Shown in pieces: positions 11,202-24,984 of a stretch of DNA of 64,000 bases. The DNA is from Azolla caroliniana (taxonomy: Eukaryota > Plantae > Polypodiophyta), in NCBI GenBank assembly GCA_043228905.1, contig JBHGNT010000015.1, positions 19,096,001-19,160,000 of the forward strand. Direction: 5' to 3'. The stretch's first letter is position 1; each line of letters opens with the position of its first letter. The notes below the pieces were generated by a model. It ran no database searches. It saw only the letters and a list, made by a program, of their open reading frames with translations, and was not told the origin of the DNA. The position numbers and the translations under genes are program-made.

Positions 11202-12096
11202 AATAACTAGTGTGGAACATAAACATTTGTGATTAAGAGCTACCATATAAGATAGTTAATGTGTAACAATGGTAAGTACTATCTTTGATTTAACGACTTA
11301 TTAAAATTGATAAGCACCATCGTTGACTTGGCCGAGTGGTTAAAGCGATAGACTCGAAATCTATTGGGCATTGCCTGCGTAGGTTTGAATCCTACAGTCA
11401 ACGCATTGTTACTATGGAACATAAAAAATTGCGATTAAGAGCTTGCGAATAAGATAAATAATGTGTAAAAAGTTTAAGGACCATGTTTGATTTGACCAGT
11501 GGTTAAGGTGATAGCCTCGAAACCAGTTGGGCATTTTCGAATCTTATAGTCAACGCATTGTTATTATGGAACATAAAAATTTGCGATTAAGAGCTACCAT
11601 ATAAGATAATTTATGTGTAAAAATGATAAGCACTATGATTGACTTGGTCGAGTTGTTTAGGCGATAGACTCAAAATAGTTGGGCATTGATTGTAGGTTCG
11701 AATCTTATAGTAAACACAATGTTATTATGGAACAGAAAAATTTGTGATTAAGAGCTATGATATTGAGAGCATTGATGTGTAAAAATGATAAACACCATCG
11801 TTGACTTGGCCCTGTGGTTAAGGTGATAGGCTCAAAATATGTTGGGCATTGCCTGCCTAGGTTTGAATCCTACAATCAAAGCATTACAATTGTGCATCAT
11901 AAAATAACTGGATTTTAAGACGCTTGACGATAACGTTGACTTGTTCGAGTAGTGAAGGCCATAGACTTTAACCCTATTGGCCGTAGGTTGTGTACGAATC
12001 CTATACTCAACACATTATTATTGTGCAACATAAGAAATTGTGATTAGAGCTACAATATAAGTTACTTAATTTGCATAAAATGGACAAGCATTGATC

Positions 12097-12178
12097 GTTG
12101 ACTTGGCCGAGTGGTTAAGGTGATAGACTCGAAATCTATTGGGCATTGCTTGCGTAGGTTCGAATCCTACAGTCAACG
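12097..12178 (+). tRNA. trnS-CGA: tRNA-Ser(CGA), near-intact
   Basis: Two C>T changes relative to consensus, both giving G-U pairs. Confidence 0.7.
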
Positions 12179-12631
12179 CATTATTAGTGTGGAACATAAA
12201 AATTTGCGATTAAGAGCTTTCGTATAAGACAATTAATGTAGAAAGAGCGTAAGCACCTGTTTGATTTGACTAGTGGTTAAGGTGATAGACTCGAAATCAA
12301 TTGGGCATTGCCAGCATAGGTTCGAATCCTACAGTCAACACATTGTTATTATGGAAGATAAAACTTTGGGTTTAAGAGCTATCACATAAGATAATTGACC
12401 TATAAAAGTGGTATGAGAATACACCCATCGTTGACTTGGCCGAGAGGTTAAGGCGATAGACTCGAAATCTATTGGGCATTGCCTACGTAGGTTCGAATCC
12501 TGCAATCAACGCATTGTTAGTGTGGAACATAAAAATTTGCGATTAAGAGCTACCATATAAGATAGTTAATGTGTGAAAATGGTAAGCACTTTCTTTGATT
12601 TGACCAATGATTAAAAACGATAAGCACCACT

Positions 12632-12713
12632 GTTGGCTTGGCCGAGTGGTTAAGGCGATAGACTCGAAATCTATTGGGCATTGCCTGCGTAGGTTCGAAT
12701 CCTACAGTCAACG
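12632..12713 (+). tRNA. trnS-CGA: tRNA-Ser(CGA), intact
   Basis: One A>G change in the acceptor stem (G-U pair); otherwise consensus. Confidence 0.8.
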
Positions 12714-14321
12714 CATTGTTACTGTGGAACATAAAAATTTGCGATTAACAGCTTGCGTATAAGATAATTAATGTGTAAAAACGGTAAGCACCACGTTTGA
12801 TTTAACCAATGGTTAAGGTGATACTACAGTCAACACATTGTTATTATGCAACATAAGAATTTGCTATTAAGAACTATCACATAAGTTAATTGATGTATAA
12901 AAGTGGTAGGTCTAAGCATCCATCGTTGACTTGGCCGACTGGTGAAGGCGATAGACTCGAAATCTATTGGGAATTGCCTGCGTGGGTTCAAATCCTACAA
13001 TCAAAACATTGTTAGTGTGGAACATAAAAAATTGCGATCAAGAGCTACCATATAAGATAATTAATGTGTAAAAATGGTAAGCACTATATTTGATTTGACC
13101 AATGATTAAAAACGATAAGCACCATCGTTGACTTGGCCGAGTGGTTAAAGCGATAAACTCGAAATCTATTGGGCATTGCCTCCGTAGGTACGAATCCTAC
13201 AGTCAACGCATTATTACTGTGGAACATAAAAGTTTGTGATTAAGAGCTTCCGTATAAGATAAATAATGTGTAAAAAGTTTAAGGACCATGTTTGATTTCA
13301 CCAGTGGTTAAGGTGATAGCCTCGAAACCAGTTGGGCATTGCCTACGTAGATTCGAATCCTATAGTCAACGCATTGTTATTACGGAACATAGAAATTTGC
13401 GATTAAGAGCTGCATATAAGATAATTTACATAAAAAATTGCGATTAAGAGCTTGCGAATAAGATAAATAATGTGTAAAAAGTTTAAGGACCATGTTTGAT
13501 TTGACCAGTGGTTAAGGTGATAGCCTCGAAACCAGTTGGGCATTGCCTACGTAGATTCGAATCCTATAGTCAATGCATTGTTATTACGGAACATAGAAAT
13601 TTGCGATTAAGAGCTACCATATAAGATAATTTACATAAAAAATTGTGATTAAGAGCTTGCGAATAAGATAAATAATGTGTAAAAAGTTTAAGGATCATGT
13701 TTGATTTGACCAGTGGTTAAGGTGATAGCCTCGAAACCAGTTGGGCATTGCCTACGTAGATTCCAATCCTATAGTCAACGCATTGTTATTACGGAACATA
13801 GAAATTTGCGATTAAGATCTACCATATAAGATAATTTATGTGTAAAAATGATAAGCACTATGATTAACTTGGTCGAGTTGTTTAGGCGATAGACTCAAAA
13901 TAGTTGGGCATTGCTTCTAGGTTCGAATCCTATAGTAAACGCATTGTTATTATGGAACATAAAAATTTGTGATTAAGAACTATGATAGTGAGAGGATTGA
14001 TTTGTAAAAATGATAAGCACCATCGTTGACTTGGCCGAGTGGATAAGGTGATAGGCTCGAAATTTGTTGGGCATTGCCTGCCTAGGTTTGAATCCTACAA
14101 TCAAAGCATTACAATTGTGCTTTATAAAATAACTGGATTTTAAGACGCTTGACGATAACGTTGACTTGTTCGAGTAGTTAAGGCCATAGACTTGAACCCT
14201 ATTGGGCATTGGTTGTCTATGAATCCTATACTCAACATATTATTATTGTGCAACATAAAAAATTGTGATTAGAGCTACAATATAAGTTACTTAATTTGCA
14301 TAAAATGGGCAAGCATTGATC

Positions 14322-14403
14322 GTTGACTTGGCCGAGTGGTTAAGGCGATAGACTCGAAATCTATTGGGCATTGCCTGCGTAGGTTCGAATCCTACAGTCA
14401 ACG
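14322..14403 (+). tRNA. trnS-CGA: tRNA-Ser(CGA), consensus copy
   Basis: Identical by eye to 11120-11201. Confidence 0.9.
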
Positions 14404-14867
14404 CATTATTAGTGTGAAACATAAAAATTTGCGATTAAGATCTTCCGTATAAGATAATTAATGTGTAAAAATGGTAAGCACCACGTTTGATTTGACCAGA
14501 GGTTAAGGTGATAGACTCGAAATCAATTGGGCATTGCCGGCGTAGGGTCAAATCCTACAGTCAACGCATTGTTATTGTGGAACATAAGAATTTGCGATTA
14601 AGATATTATGGAACATAAGAATTTGCGATTAAGAGCTATCACATAAGATAATTGACGTACCCATTGTTGACTTGGCCAAGTGGTTAAGGCGATAGACTCG
14701 AAATCTATTGGGCATTGCCTACGTAGGCTCGAATCCTACAATCAACGCATTGTTAGTGTGGAACATAAAAATTTGCGATTATGAGCTACCATATAAGATA
14801 GTTAATGTGTAAAAATGGTAAGCAGTATCTTTGATTTGACCAGTGATTAAAAATGATAAGTACCATC

Positions 14868-14949
14868 GTTGACTTGGCCGAGTGGTTAAGGCGATAGACT
14901 CGAAATCTATTGGGCATTGCCTGCGTAGGTTCGAATCCTACAGTCAACG
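14868..14949 (+). tRNA. trnS-CGA: tRNA-Ser(CGA), consensus copy
   Basis: Identical by eye to 11120-11201. Confidence 0.9.
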
Positions 14950-17900
14950 CATTGTTACTTTGGAACATGAAAATTTGCGATTAAGTGCTTCCATAAAAGT
15001 AAATTAATGTGTAAAAATGGTAAGCACCACGTTTGATTTGACCAGTGATTAAAAATGATAAGCACCATCGTTGACTTGGCTGAGTGGTTAAGGCGATAGA
15101 CTCGAAATTAGTTGGGCATTGCCGGCGTAGGTTTGAATCCTATAGTCAACACATTGTTATTATGGAACATAAGAATTTGTGATTAAGAGCTAATAGATAA
15201 GATAATTGACGTATAAAAGTGGTACCACTAAGCACCCATCGTGGACTTGGTCGAGTGGTTAAGGCGATAGACTCGAAATCTATTGGGCATTGCCTGCGTA
15301 GATTCGAATCCTACAATCAACGCATTGTTATTACGGAACATAGAAATTTGCGATTAAGAGCTACATATAAGATAGTTAATGTGTAAAAATGGTAAGCAGT
15401 ATCTTTGATTTGACCAGTGATTAAAAACGATAAGCACCATCGTTGACTTGGCCGAGTGGTTAAGGCGATAGAATCGAAATCTATTGGGCATTGCCTGCGT
15501 AGGCTCGAATCCTACAGTCAACGCATTGTTAGTGTGGAACATAAAAATTTACGATTAAGAGATACTATATAAGATAATTAAAGTGTAAAAAATTTAAGGA
15601 ACATGTTTGATTTGACTAGTGGTTAAGGTGATAGACTCGAAACCAGTTAGGCATTGCCTACGTAGATTTGAATCCTATAGTCAATGCATTGTTATTACGG
15701 AATATAAAAATTTGTGATTAAGAGCTACCATATAAGATAATTTATGTGTAAAAATGATAAGCACTATGATTAACTTGGTCGAGTTGTTTAGGCGATAGAC
15801 TCAAAATAGTTGGGCATTGCTTCTAGGTTCGAATCCTATAGCAAACGCATTGTTATTATGGAACATAAAAATTTGTGATTAAGAGCTATGATATTAAGAG
15901 GATTGATGTGTAAAAATGATAAGCACCATCATTGACTTGGCTGAGTGGTTAAGGTGATAGGCTCGAAATCTGTTGGGCATTGCCTGCCTAGGTTTGAATC
16001 CTACAATCAAAGCATTACAATTGTGCATCATAAAATAACTGGATTTTAAGACGTTTGACGACAACGTTGACTTGTTTGAGTAGTTAAGGCCATAGACTTG
16101 AACCATATTGGGCATTGGTTGTGTACGAATCCTATACTCAACACATTATTATTGTGCAACATAAAAACTTGTGATTAGAGCTACAATATAAGTTACTTAA
16201 TTTGCATAAAATGGGCAAGCACCGATCATTGACTTGGCCGAGTTGTTAAGGTGATAGACTCGAAATCTATTGGGCATTGCCTGCGTAGGTTCGAATCCTA
16301 CAATCAACGAATTATTAGTGTGGAATATAAAAATTTGTGATTAAGAGCTACAGTATAAGATAAATAATGTGTAAAAATGGTAAGCACCACGTTTGATTTG
16401 ACCAGTGGTTAAGGTGATAGACTCGAAATCAGTTGGGCATTGCCGGCGTAGGTTCGAATCCTATAGTCAACACATTGTTATAATGGAACATAAGAATTTG
16501 CGATTAAGAGCTACCACATAAGATAATTGATCTATAAAAGTGGTACGACTAAGCACCCATCGTGGACTTGGCCGAGTGGTTAAGGCAATACACTTGAAAT
16601 CTTTGGGGCATTGGCTGCGTAGGTTCGAATTCTACAATCAACGCATTGTTAGTGTGGAACATAAACATTTGCGATTAAGAGCTACCTTATAAGATAATTA
16701 ATGTGTAAGGATGGTAAGTGCCATCTTTGACTTGACTAGTGATTAAGGCAATAAACTCGAAATCAATTGGGCATTGCATGCGTAGGTTCGAGTCGTATAG
16801 TCAACGCATTGTTATTGTGGAATATAAAAAATTGCTATTAAGAGCTACCATATAAGATAATTGATGTGTAAAAATGATAAGCACTATCATTGACTTGGTC
16901 GAGTGGTTTGGTTGATAGACTCGAGATTAGTTGGGCATTGCTTGCCTTTGTTCGAATCCTATAGTCAACGCATTGTTATTATGGAACATTCAAATTTGTG
17001 ATAAGAGCTACCATATTAATGTAATTGATGTTAAAAATGGTAAAAAGCACCATCTTTGATTTGACTAGTGGTTAAGGTGATAGGCTCGAAAACCGTTGGG
17101 CATTGCCTACATAGGTTCGAATCCTATAGTCAACGTATTTTTATTATCGGACATGAAAATTTTCGATGAAGTGCTACCATTTAAGATAATTGATGTGTAT
17201 AAATGAAAAGCACTATCGTTGACTTTGTCGAGTGGTTAAGGCGATAGACTTGAAGTAGTTGGGCATTGCTTACATAGGCTCGAATCCTATAGTCAACGCA
17301 TTGTTATTATGGAACATAATTTTTTTTGATTAAGAGCTACCATATTAAGATGATTGATAAAATGATAAGCACCAGTGTTGACTTGGCCGAGTGGTTAAGG
17401 CAATAAACTCGAAATCAGTTGGGTATTGCCTACGTAGGTTTGAATCCTATAGTCAGCGCATTGTTATTTTTTGTAGAACATAAATATTTGTGATTAAGAG
17501 CTACCATAGAGAAAGGATAAGCACCATCGTTGATTTTACCGAGTGGTTTAGTTGATAGACTCAAAATCAATTCGGCATTGTTTGCGTAGGTTCGAACAGA
17601 AAATTTTGTGACTAAGAGCTACAATATAAGATACTTGATGGGTAATAAAAATGCTAAGCACCATTATTGACTTGTTCGAGTAGTTAAGCCGATAGACTTG
17701 AACCTTATTGGGCATTGGCTATGTCGGTTTGAAATTGCGATTAGGAGCTACTTGATTTGTAATAAAAATGGTAAGCACCCACCGTTGACTTGGCCAAGTG
17801 GTCAAGGCAATAGACTCGAAATCTATTGGGCATTACCTGTGTAGGTTCGAATCTTACAGTCAACACATTATTGTTGTGGAACGTAAAAATTTGTGATTAA

Positions 17901-19856
17901 GAGCTACCATATAAGATAATTGATGTGTAAAAATGGTAAGCACTATCTTTGACTTGGTCGAGTGGTTAAGGCGATAGACTCGAAATCAGTTGGGAATTGC
18001 TTGTGTAGGTTCAAATGCTATAGTCAATGTACTGTTATTGTGGACATTAAAATGTGTAATTAAGAGCTATCATATAAGATATACCTTATGTGTAAAAATG
18101 ATATAACTTGGCCAGGTGGTTAGGGCGATAGACCTGAAATAAGTTGGGCATTGCCTGCGTAGGATCGTATCCTATAGTCAATGCATTGTTATTGTGGAAC
18201 ATAAAAATTTGCGATTAAGAGCTACCATATAAGCTAATTGATATGTAAAAATAATAAGCACCATCGTTGACTTGGCCGAGTGGCTAAAAATTTGAAACTA
18301 AGAGCTACAATATGTTCTCACCTGGAGAGTGATCAACCTAATGCATTGTCTAATACCATGTAATTGTGTTACTAGCTGATGACGAAATGATCTTAGGTGA
18401 GGGAGATACGAGTCCAAAGCATGATCATGAAGACATATTTATTACACTTCCAGGTACATTTCAAAAGCCCTCTAAGAAAACAATGATTTAGATCATAACA
18501 ACCCTATTATAGTGGTGCTTTTGGTGCATTCTATAGATACTATTATGAAAGCTTCTGTTGACAACATGGTTGTTTACGTACCCGTATTTAACGTTTAAAT
18601 ACGGATAGTACCTCATCATTTGTATAGTACGTATTGTACCTCAATGTTGTTCAGTCAAATATCATGTACATTTGTCCAATATGGTATTTAACGTATTTAT
18701 AAAAAAACAAGTATAATACGTAGTTATAAAGAAAACGTAAGTAAAACCCCAACAAAAAGCTAAAGAAAAAAAAAGATTTTAGTGAAAAAGAAGCCAAAGG
18801 AAGGAAGAAAGAAGAATAGAAGAGACGACGATGAAGAAGATGAAGAAGAAGAAGAAGAGAGAAAAGAAGACATAAACCTGTCCTGACTTGGAGTGTGATA
18901 ATCATAGAAGATAGTTCAAAAGAAGAAGAAGAACGAAGAAAAGAGAAACCTATCATGAGTGTGATAATCGTAGACGATTCCTCAATCTATGAAGGCATAA
19001 TTGTAAATAATTTCAATTTGATGTAGAATATCGTGATACACACTTACACTGATTTATAGAATAAGTATTTTAGGATGTGAAATGTTCAAATGTCTTATAT
19101 GCATTTTAGGATGTAGAACTATCCTTTACATCACAAAATTGTGTAAACATAGATGTTTTTTACAATATTATAGATATTTTTTAGAAAGGTAAATAATTTT
19201 CAAATTCTAGAAGTATTTGACGTACTATACGTATTTTATAAGTATTTAACATATTAAGAAAATGTATTTAACGTATTTTTAAATTGGGAGGTACTATACA
19301 CATATTAATACATTATATACGTATGGTATCCATACCGTACCTAACGAACCTAACAAACTTGATTGACAATGAGCTCCAACCTACGATTGGCACCATCCCT
19401 AAATCTGATGAACACTTAGATGTTGTGGAGAAGATGACTGACCCTACCACTTGCAATGGGTTGTCTACGGTTGTACAGTATGACGATGTAACAATATGTA
19501 AAAATGAGGCTATTAACCTCCTATGTTCATAGTTGCTGGTATGTTCGCAAACTTTTGAGTATGTGAGTTGATACTAATATTCTCTGGGATCCCATTATTT
19601 AGGCTTACAAGAGTAGTTAGATTCCCAACTACAATCAAACGAATCGGGAACTATATGGAGCACAAGTGAAGAGTAAGATTCTGGGACTAACCTTTGCACG
19701 GAGGCAGACTCTGGAAGCACATCTTCCACACATGAGGACTGTGAAAAGAAGGAAGTAGGAGCATTCATATTTGAAGAGCACCTGGCATGTACAAACAACA
19801 ATTTGTCTAAAGAAGCCCATGAGGAGTGTGGAAAGAATATCCCTAGTACTGAAGAG

Positions 19857-20325
19857 GAGCCTGATTGTACTGAGAACGAGCATACTAGCATCACCCATGA
19901 GGATCGGGCAATAAAGACCACCCAAGAAGGGGGGCACAATTGTCTTAAGAATGAGGTGACAACCACCGTACAAGAGGAATTGACCATGAGTACTGCCAGA
20001 GCCCACATACAACAGCCTGATTGTACTAAGAATTTGCTTACTAGCATCACCCATGAGGATAGGGCAATAAAGACCACCCAAGAAGGGGAGGATGGTGGTC
20101 TTAAGAATGAGTTGACTATCACCAGCCAAGAGGAGTTCACCATGAGTATTGCTACAACCCACATACATGAGCCTAATTGTACTGAGAACGAGCATACTAG
20201 CATCACCCATGAGGATAGGGCAATAAAGACCACCCAGGAAGAGGAGCATGGTGGTCTTAAGAATGAGATGACTATCATCATCAGTCAGGACTTGACCATG
20301 AGTACTACCACAACCCACATATAGG
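19857..20325 (+). repeat. Three tandem 156-bp (52-codon) repeats within a decayed acidic/Thr-rich ORF (19803..20324)
   Basis: CCTGATTGTAC-type motif at 19860, 20016 and 20172; peptide TSITHEDRAIKTTQE occurs three times. Confidence 0.85.
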
Positions 20326-20656
20326 ATCAACAACATGTGGAGAACAAGATGAGTGATAATTTGACTATCAACAGTAACTTTGTAGATGTGTGTACAAGCA
20401 TTGCAGTTACAGAAAACATAGTTGCTCTCTCAAGCTTGCCACTGGTACAAGGTGCCCGTACATCCAACATTGTCTCTGATGCCTCTGATGATGAAGTGCC
20501 ACTTAGTAAACTGATACCTAAAGTCTTTAAGATAAAGAAGAATGTAAAATCACAAAAGACTGGCACCAATAACAAGCGCATTACAAGATCGACGAATTTG
20601 TGAAATGGTGCCTGATTGCCTTTCTATTGAGAAGTTTGTACTTGAACTATAGCTAA

Positions 20657-21049
20657 ACTGTTAGTGATGTTTGTACTTGAACTATTGGTAATACCAAAAT
20701 ATTGTCTAAATTGCTAATGTGAAATGCTGAACTGACTCCAGTTCACTCATCTAGTGTTGTTAGCGTAATGTGAAATTCTATATTGCTAATTGTAGAGAAT
20801 GAGAATGTACTCTATTGTCAATTGTCATGCAACCATGATTGTGTTGAACTACAGTTGAACTGTTAGTGATGTTTGTACTTGAACTATTTGTAATACCAAA
20901 ATACTGTCTAAATTGCGAATGTGAAATGTTGTATTGACTCCAGTTCACTCATCTAGTGTTGTAAGCGTAATGTGAAATTCTATATTGCTAATTGTAGAGA
21001 ATGAGAATGTATTCTATTGTCAATTGTCATGCAACCATGATTGTGTTGA
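20657..21049. repeat. Tandem duplication of ~200 bp
   Basis: ACTGTTAGTGATGTTTGTACTTGAAC...CATGCAACCATGATTGTGTTGA occurs at ~20657 and ~20859. Confidence 0.85.
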
Positions 21050-22083
21050 TTTCAAATAAGATACTATCTCCGTCTGTGTATTTGGGAACATTTGACATTC
21101 ATATTAGTACTAAACTAAGATGTATGTATCTGTGAACATTTGACATTCATATCAGTATTATAATGACATATGTTATATCCGTCTAACTGAGAAAAGTTGG
21201 GAGACTACTATGTATTAGTGAACATTTGACATTCACATTTGTACTAAACTAATATGTATATTGTAATAAGTTTGGGACATAGTCAGAGTTGAATAGAGAC
21301 TTAGCACAATAGGGATTAGACTATTGGTATTGATACTTGAATAAGTTTGGGCCATATTTATGCTACTAAGTATTGATACTTGAATAAAGACTTCACACCC
21401 TTAACCCTAGAAACAAGCAACTCTATAATTACCATGAACACTTACAAAACAAGCGCAATAAATACTCTAAACACTTTAGAAGAAAGATGAAATATATCGA
21501 TTCACTTGTCAATCATCCAAATTAATAACCGATCTAGATACAATGTACAAATAGTGAACTACTAGAGGATGTTTTTCAGTTGCCAACTACAATGTATTAA
21601 TAGGGCGCCTTTCAAGCATTAAACAGAGAGACCTCCCCCAATATGTGCTCATGAACCTCATGTATTATAGTCCAGTGTTATGTTCTAACCAACACATCCA
21701 AATACATAGTCATGTTATGTATATCTTAGTATATTATTACTAGATTATATATTTAAGTTGTAGGAGTTTTTAGAAAGTTCAAGAGGGTTTTAGAATATTC
21801 TCGAGAATATTCTAACACATATACTTCAACTCACAGTATAAATACTTGTAACCTCCTTAGTCCCTTTCAAGGGATTCAACACCAGACACTGACACGTCGA
21901 TCTAGTATTCTTGTTTAGCCCCATCTTCTCTCCTTGATTTAAATCTCTGTCTTTATGCTCTTGTATTGTTCCCAATGTCTTAAGCTCATCATCTTGTTGC
22001 TCCCAACTTCCCGAGTTTCTATCCCCATCATGTCGAGTTCCACATTTGTAACCTTATCGGTTGTAGTCTCGTCATCAGCGCTT

Positions 22084-23647
22084 TGTCATAGTCTAGGGTG
22101 AGAATGGGAAAAACCGACGAAAAGGGGGGTCAAAATGTGCATGTGCAATGTGTGTGCACACAAACGCAATTAATTGTGCACATGTAAAAGAAAGGGTGGA
22201 AAGGAGGTATAGAAGCTTGTGTAAAAAGTAAGAGAGAGGAGAGATAAAAAGTAGAGGGGAGACATGCTCTGAATTTGTAGATATAGAATTAGAGAGTTAA
22301 TGGACTAGTGGGTAGTCACCTTGACTTCTAGCTAGAGGTGTATGGTTCAAATTTGGTCTTACAATGCAACGTGATTTAAGAAACTTTATTCCTTTTGCAT
22401 TGAAGACAAAATTGGCGACCTCCCTTCTTTTTTTCCTATAAAAGGAGGTCGAGGGGGGCTCATTTGGAAGAACGTTTTGGGAGGAGGAGACTATCGCCAT
22501 TTTTCCTTCGGAGCTCTTCATCTTCATCTTCACCATTTCTCTTCATCTCATACCCCTTCATCCCCTAATCGCCACGTGCTCGTCTTCTTCGCGTTGGCAG
22601 TCGAAGTGCTTGTTTATGGTTCTGTTGAGCCCGAGCTTAGTTGGTTCGACGTTGCTTCGCCCCTGTTTGTCGTTGCGAGCCCGTGTGCTCGCCGTTCGGG
22701 TGGTCGTGGTTCGTTGGGGTCGGCATTTTTGTGGTGCTCGTGTGTTCGTCTTCTTCGTGTTCGTGCTTCGTGTTTGGATTTGCTTTTGTCTCTAAGAGCA
22801 TTTAGTATTTATGTTTTGTTGAGCTTGTGGTTAACTAGAAGTTGCAACATTGTAATCAAACCCTATTTTATAAAGGGCCCTCTTGTGTTGGAATCGAACA
22901 CACATATATTTCTTTGGCCAAAATCATTCGTGTTTTTTCTTTCTTTCTTTATTTGTTCTCGTCCCCTTGTACGTTCGGCCTTCTTGTGACAAGGGAGAGT
23001 TTCGGGTGTGCCCATGCACCTCTCCTCCTCATAAAGGTGCACGAGCATTTGTGCGTGTGTTTTGTGTCTTCCTTGTACGTTCGGTCGTCTTGTGACGATG
23101 GAGCGTTCGGGCTTGCCCATGCATCTCTCCTCCTCATAAAGGCGTACGAGCATTTATGCGTGTGTTTTGTGTCTTCCTTGTACGTTTGATGTCTTGTTAC
23201 AAGGGAGTGTACGGGCATGCCCATGCACCTCTCCTCCTCATAAAGACGTACGAGCATTCGTGTTTGTATTCTCGTCCCTTTCCTTGTACGTTCGGCGTCT
23301 TGTGACGAGGCAGCCTTCAGGCGTGCCCATGCACCTCTCCTCCTCATAAAGATGTACGAGCATTCGTGTTTGTGTTATCGTCCCCTTGTGCCTTCACCTT
23401 GCGTGCTCATCTTTGCTTGTACCCATTTGATCACTTGGCTCGTGCGATGATCTCGAAAACTCGACGAGTCGTGATCAACGAAAGCCACCGGCCCCACAAT
23501 AGGGGCAATGAGCCCTTGGTCGGGAAGGGGTTGGGAAGTAGTATTGCCGTAAAGCAAACCTCGGGTCTTCTCTATCCCTTCGTACTCTCTAGTCCAAGAC
23601 CCCCGTGGTCCCGCCCAAGTAACACACGTGCGCGAAGCTTCGCGACA
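22084..23647 (+). mobile_element. Probable LTR remnant with internal ~105-bp tandem repeats
   Basis: TGTCAT...GCGACA ends, TATA-like CCTATAAAAGG at ~22435, four ~105-bp repeats at 22960-23390. No matching TSD found, so boundaries are uncertain. Confidence 0.45.
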
Positions 23648-24302
23648 ACAAGTACTTTACATCCATTAATACTGATTTAGTACAGATACAACACAGAGTA
23701 CAGTACAATGTGCCCATGGAGAACTATCAACATAGATTAAAAGATAATTAGTGCAAACTTTTAAGAATGGACAATAATATGAGTACAAGACGAGTACTTT
23801 ATATCCTTCAACACTCTACTGATTTAGTACAGATACATCACACAACACAGTACAATGTGTCTATGGAGAACACTCTACAGGGATTAAGAGATAATAAACA
23901 TAGATTCACGTGAAAGGATAGTACTATGTGATCAATCAAGAACACTTAAAATAGTTACAAGCATAATTAGTATGCATGCATCCGTTTGAATAGTACCGTG
24001 TTGTCTATCAAGAGTTTTTTATGTAGCTAAAAACATAAAATAGTATTGATGCACAAGGGCGGATAGAACTAAGTTGGAGGTGACATGATAGGAGAATACC
24101 CACTTGTCTTGCAAGAATACAGTTAGTGTGTAGATAATTAGTACAAACGCAATAGGGAGTACCATATTAAGATGTAAACTTTGAACCCAACAAGTAGGAG
24201 AATTACAAGTAGTATTGATTCACGTGAAGGATGAGCACTGACACAATAATTACTTCCTTAGACATTGCATTATAAGTACTAAACATATGGATTAAAAATT
24301 AC

Positions 24303-24648
24303 TTAGCGATAAAGTAGAACGATCGTGCCGCTTTAAACTACGAGGCAACACCATCAAACCAGACCCAATGGCGGATAAAGCTAAACCCTAGAGACAATAA
24401 ATCTGCATGGTGAAGCTTAAAACAATGTTGAACAAATAATGTATCATGCTTTTTATCATCTGAAATCTAAAATATTGATTTCTTATGTAACTCACCGTCT
24501 TGTCTCCAATAGCAATTATGTACAAGTATTGTACATTGATCATTGTACCAATGCATTGATTGAACCTCATTTTGAACATTAAATGTATAGTTTTTTGCAA
24601 AGTCAATAACGGATATGATGACATCCGGTGGTAGGTTATTAATACATT
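24303..24648 (-). pseudogene. Sola2-like DDD transposase fragment (catalytic region)
   Basis: Reads CINNLPPDVIISVIDFAKNYTFNVQNEVQSMHW...ISDDKKHDTLFV...WVWFDGVAS*FK, matching DF(S/A)ENY..Q.E.QS.HW and DG.A.Q(F/Y)K motifs. In-frame stops; GT donor at 24302. Confidence 0.7.
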
Positions 24649-24984
24649 TGTTACTCCTTGGGGTAGGACTAGCCCTAACACAGGGTGTCCCTCTAGGACA
24701 CTTCACCAAAGGGGTGGTGCAAGTGGGGTAGGCGTAGACCGTGATACAAATGTTTCCTAACCGGCTACTAACCGGCGTGGTTAATGATCACAATACACGC
24801 GTAAGATAGATTCTATTAAGCACAAAACGGTAATTAACTAAAGCTTCAAAGATTAAACAAGATTTAGAACAACAACACTTTCATTAATTAACCGCTTTGT
24901 GCTGAATAGAATCTATCTTACGCGTGTATTACGATCATTAACCATGCCGGTTAGTAGCCGGTTAGGAATACGTTTGTATCACGG

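Larger units (their letters stand above)
8660..18312 (+). repeat. Main tandem array of tRNA-Ser(CGA) genes and pseudogenes, ~58 units of ~135-200 bp (mode ~165 bp)
   Basis: Each unit is a tRNA-like 82-mer followed by the spacer CATTGTTATTATGGAACATAAAAATTTGCGATTAAGAGCTACCATATAAGATAATTGATGTGTAAAAATGATAAGCACCATC. Units counted by hand. Confidence 0.95.

Noticed and set aside
8999-16115. Recurrent minus-strand ORFs (VGFEPTQAMPNRF...)
   Set aside because: They are the antisense translation of the tRNA genes.
8660-18312. Interpretation as a cluster of tRNA-derived SINE insertions
   Set aside because: No poly-A or poly-T tails and no per-copy TSDs; strict tandem order with higher-order duplications and full cloverleaves.
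19595-20336. Hydrophobic minus-strand ORFs resembling membrane or env proteins
   Set aside because: Antisense of the purine-rich 156-bp repeats; the hydrophobicity is compositional.
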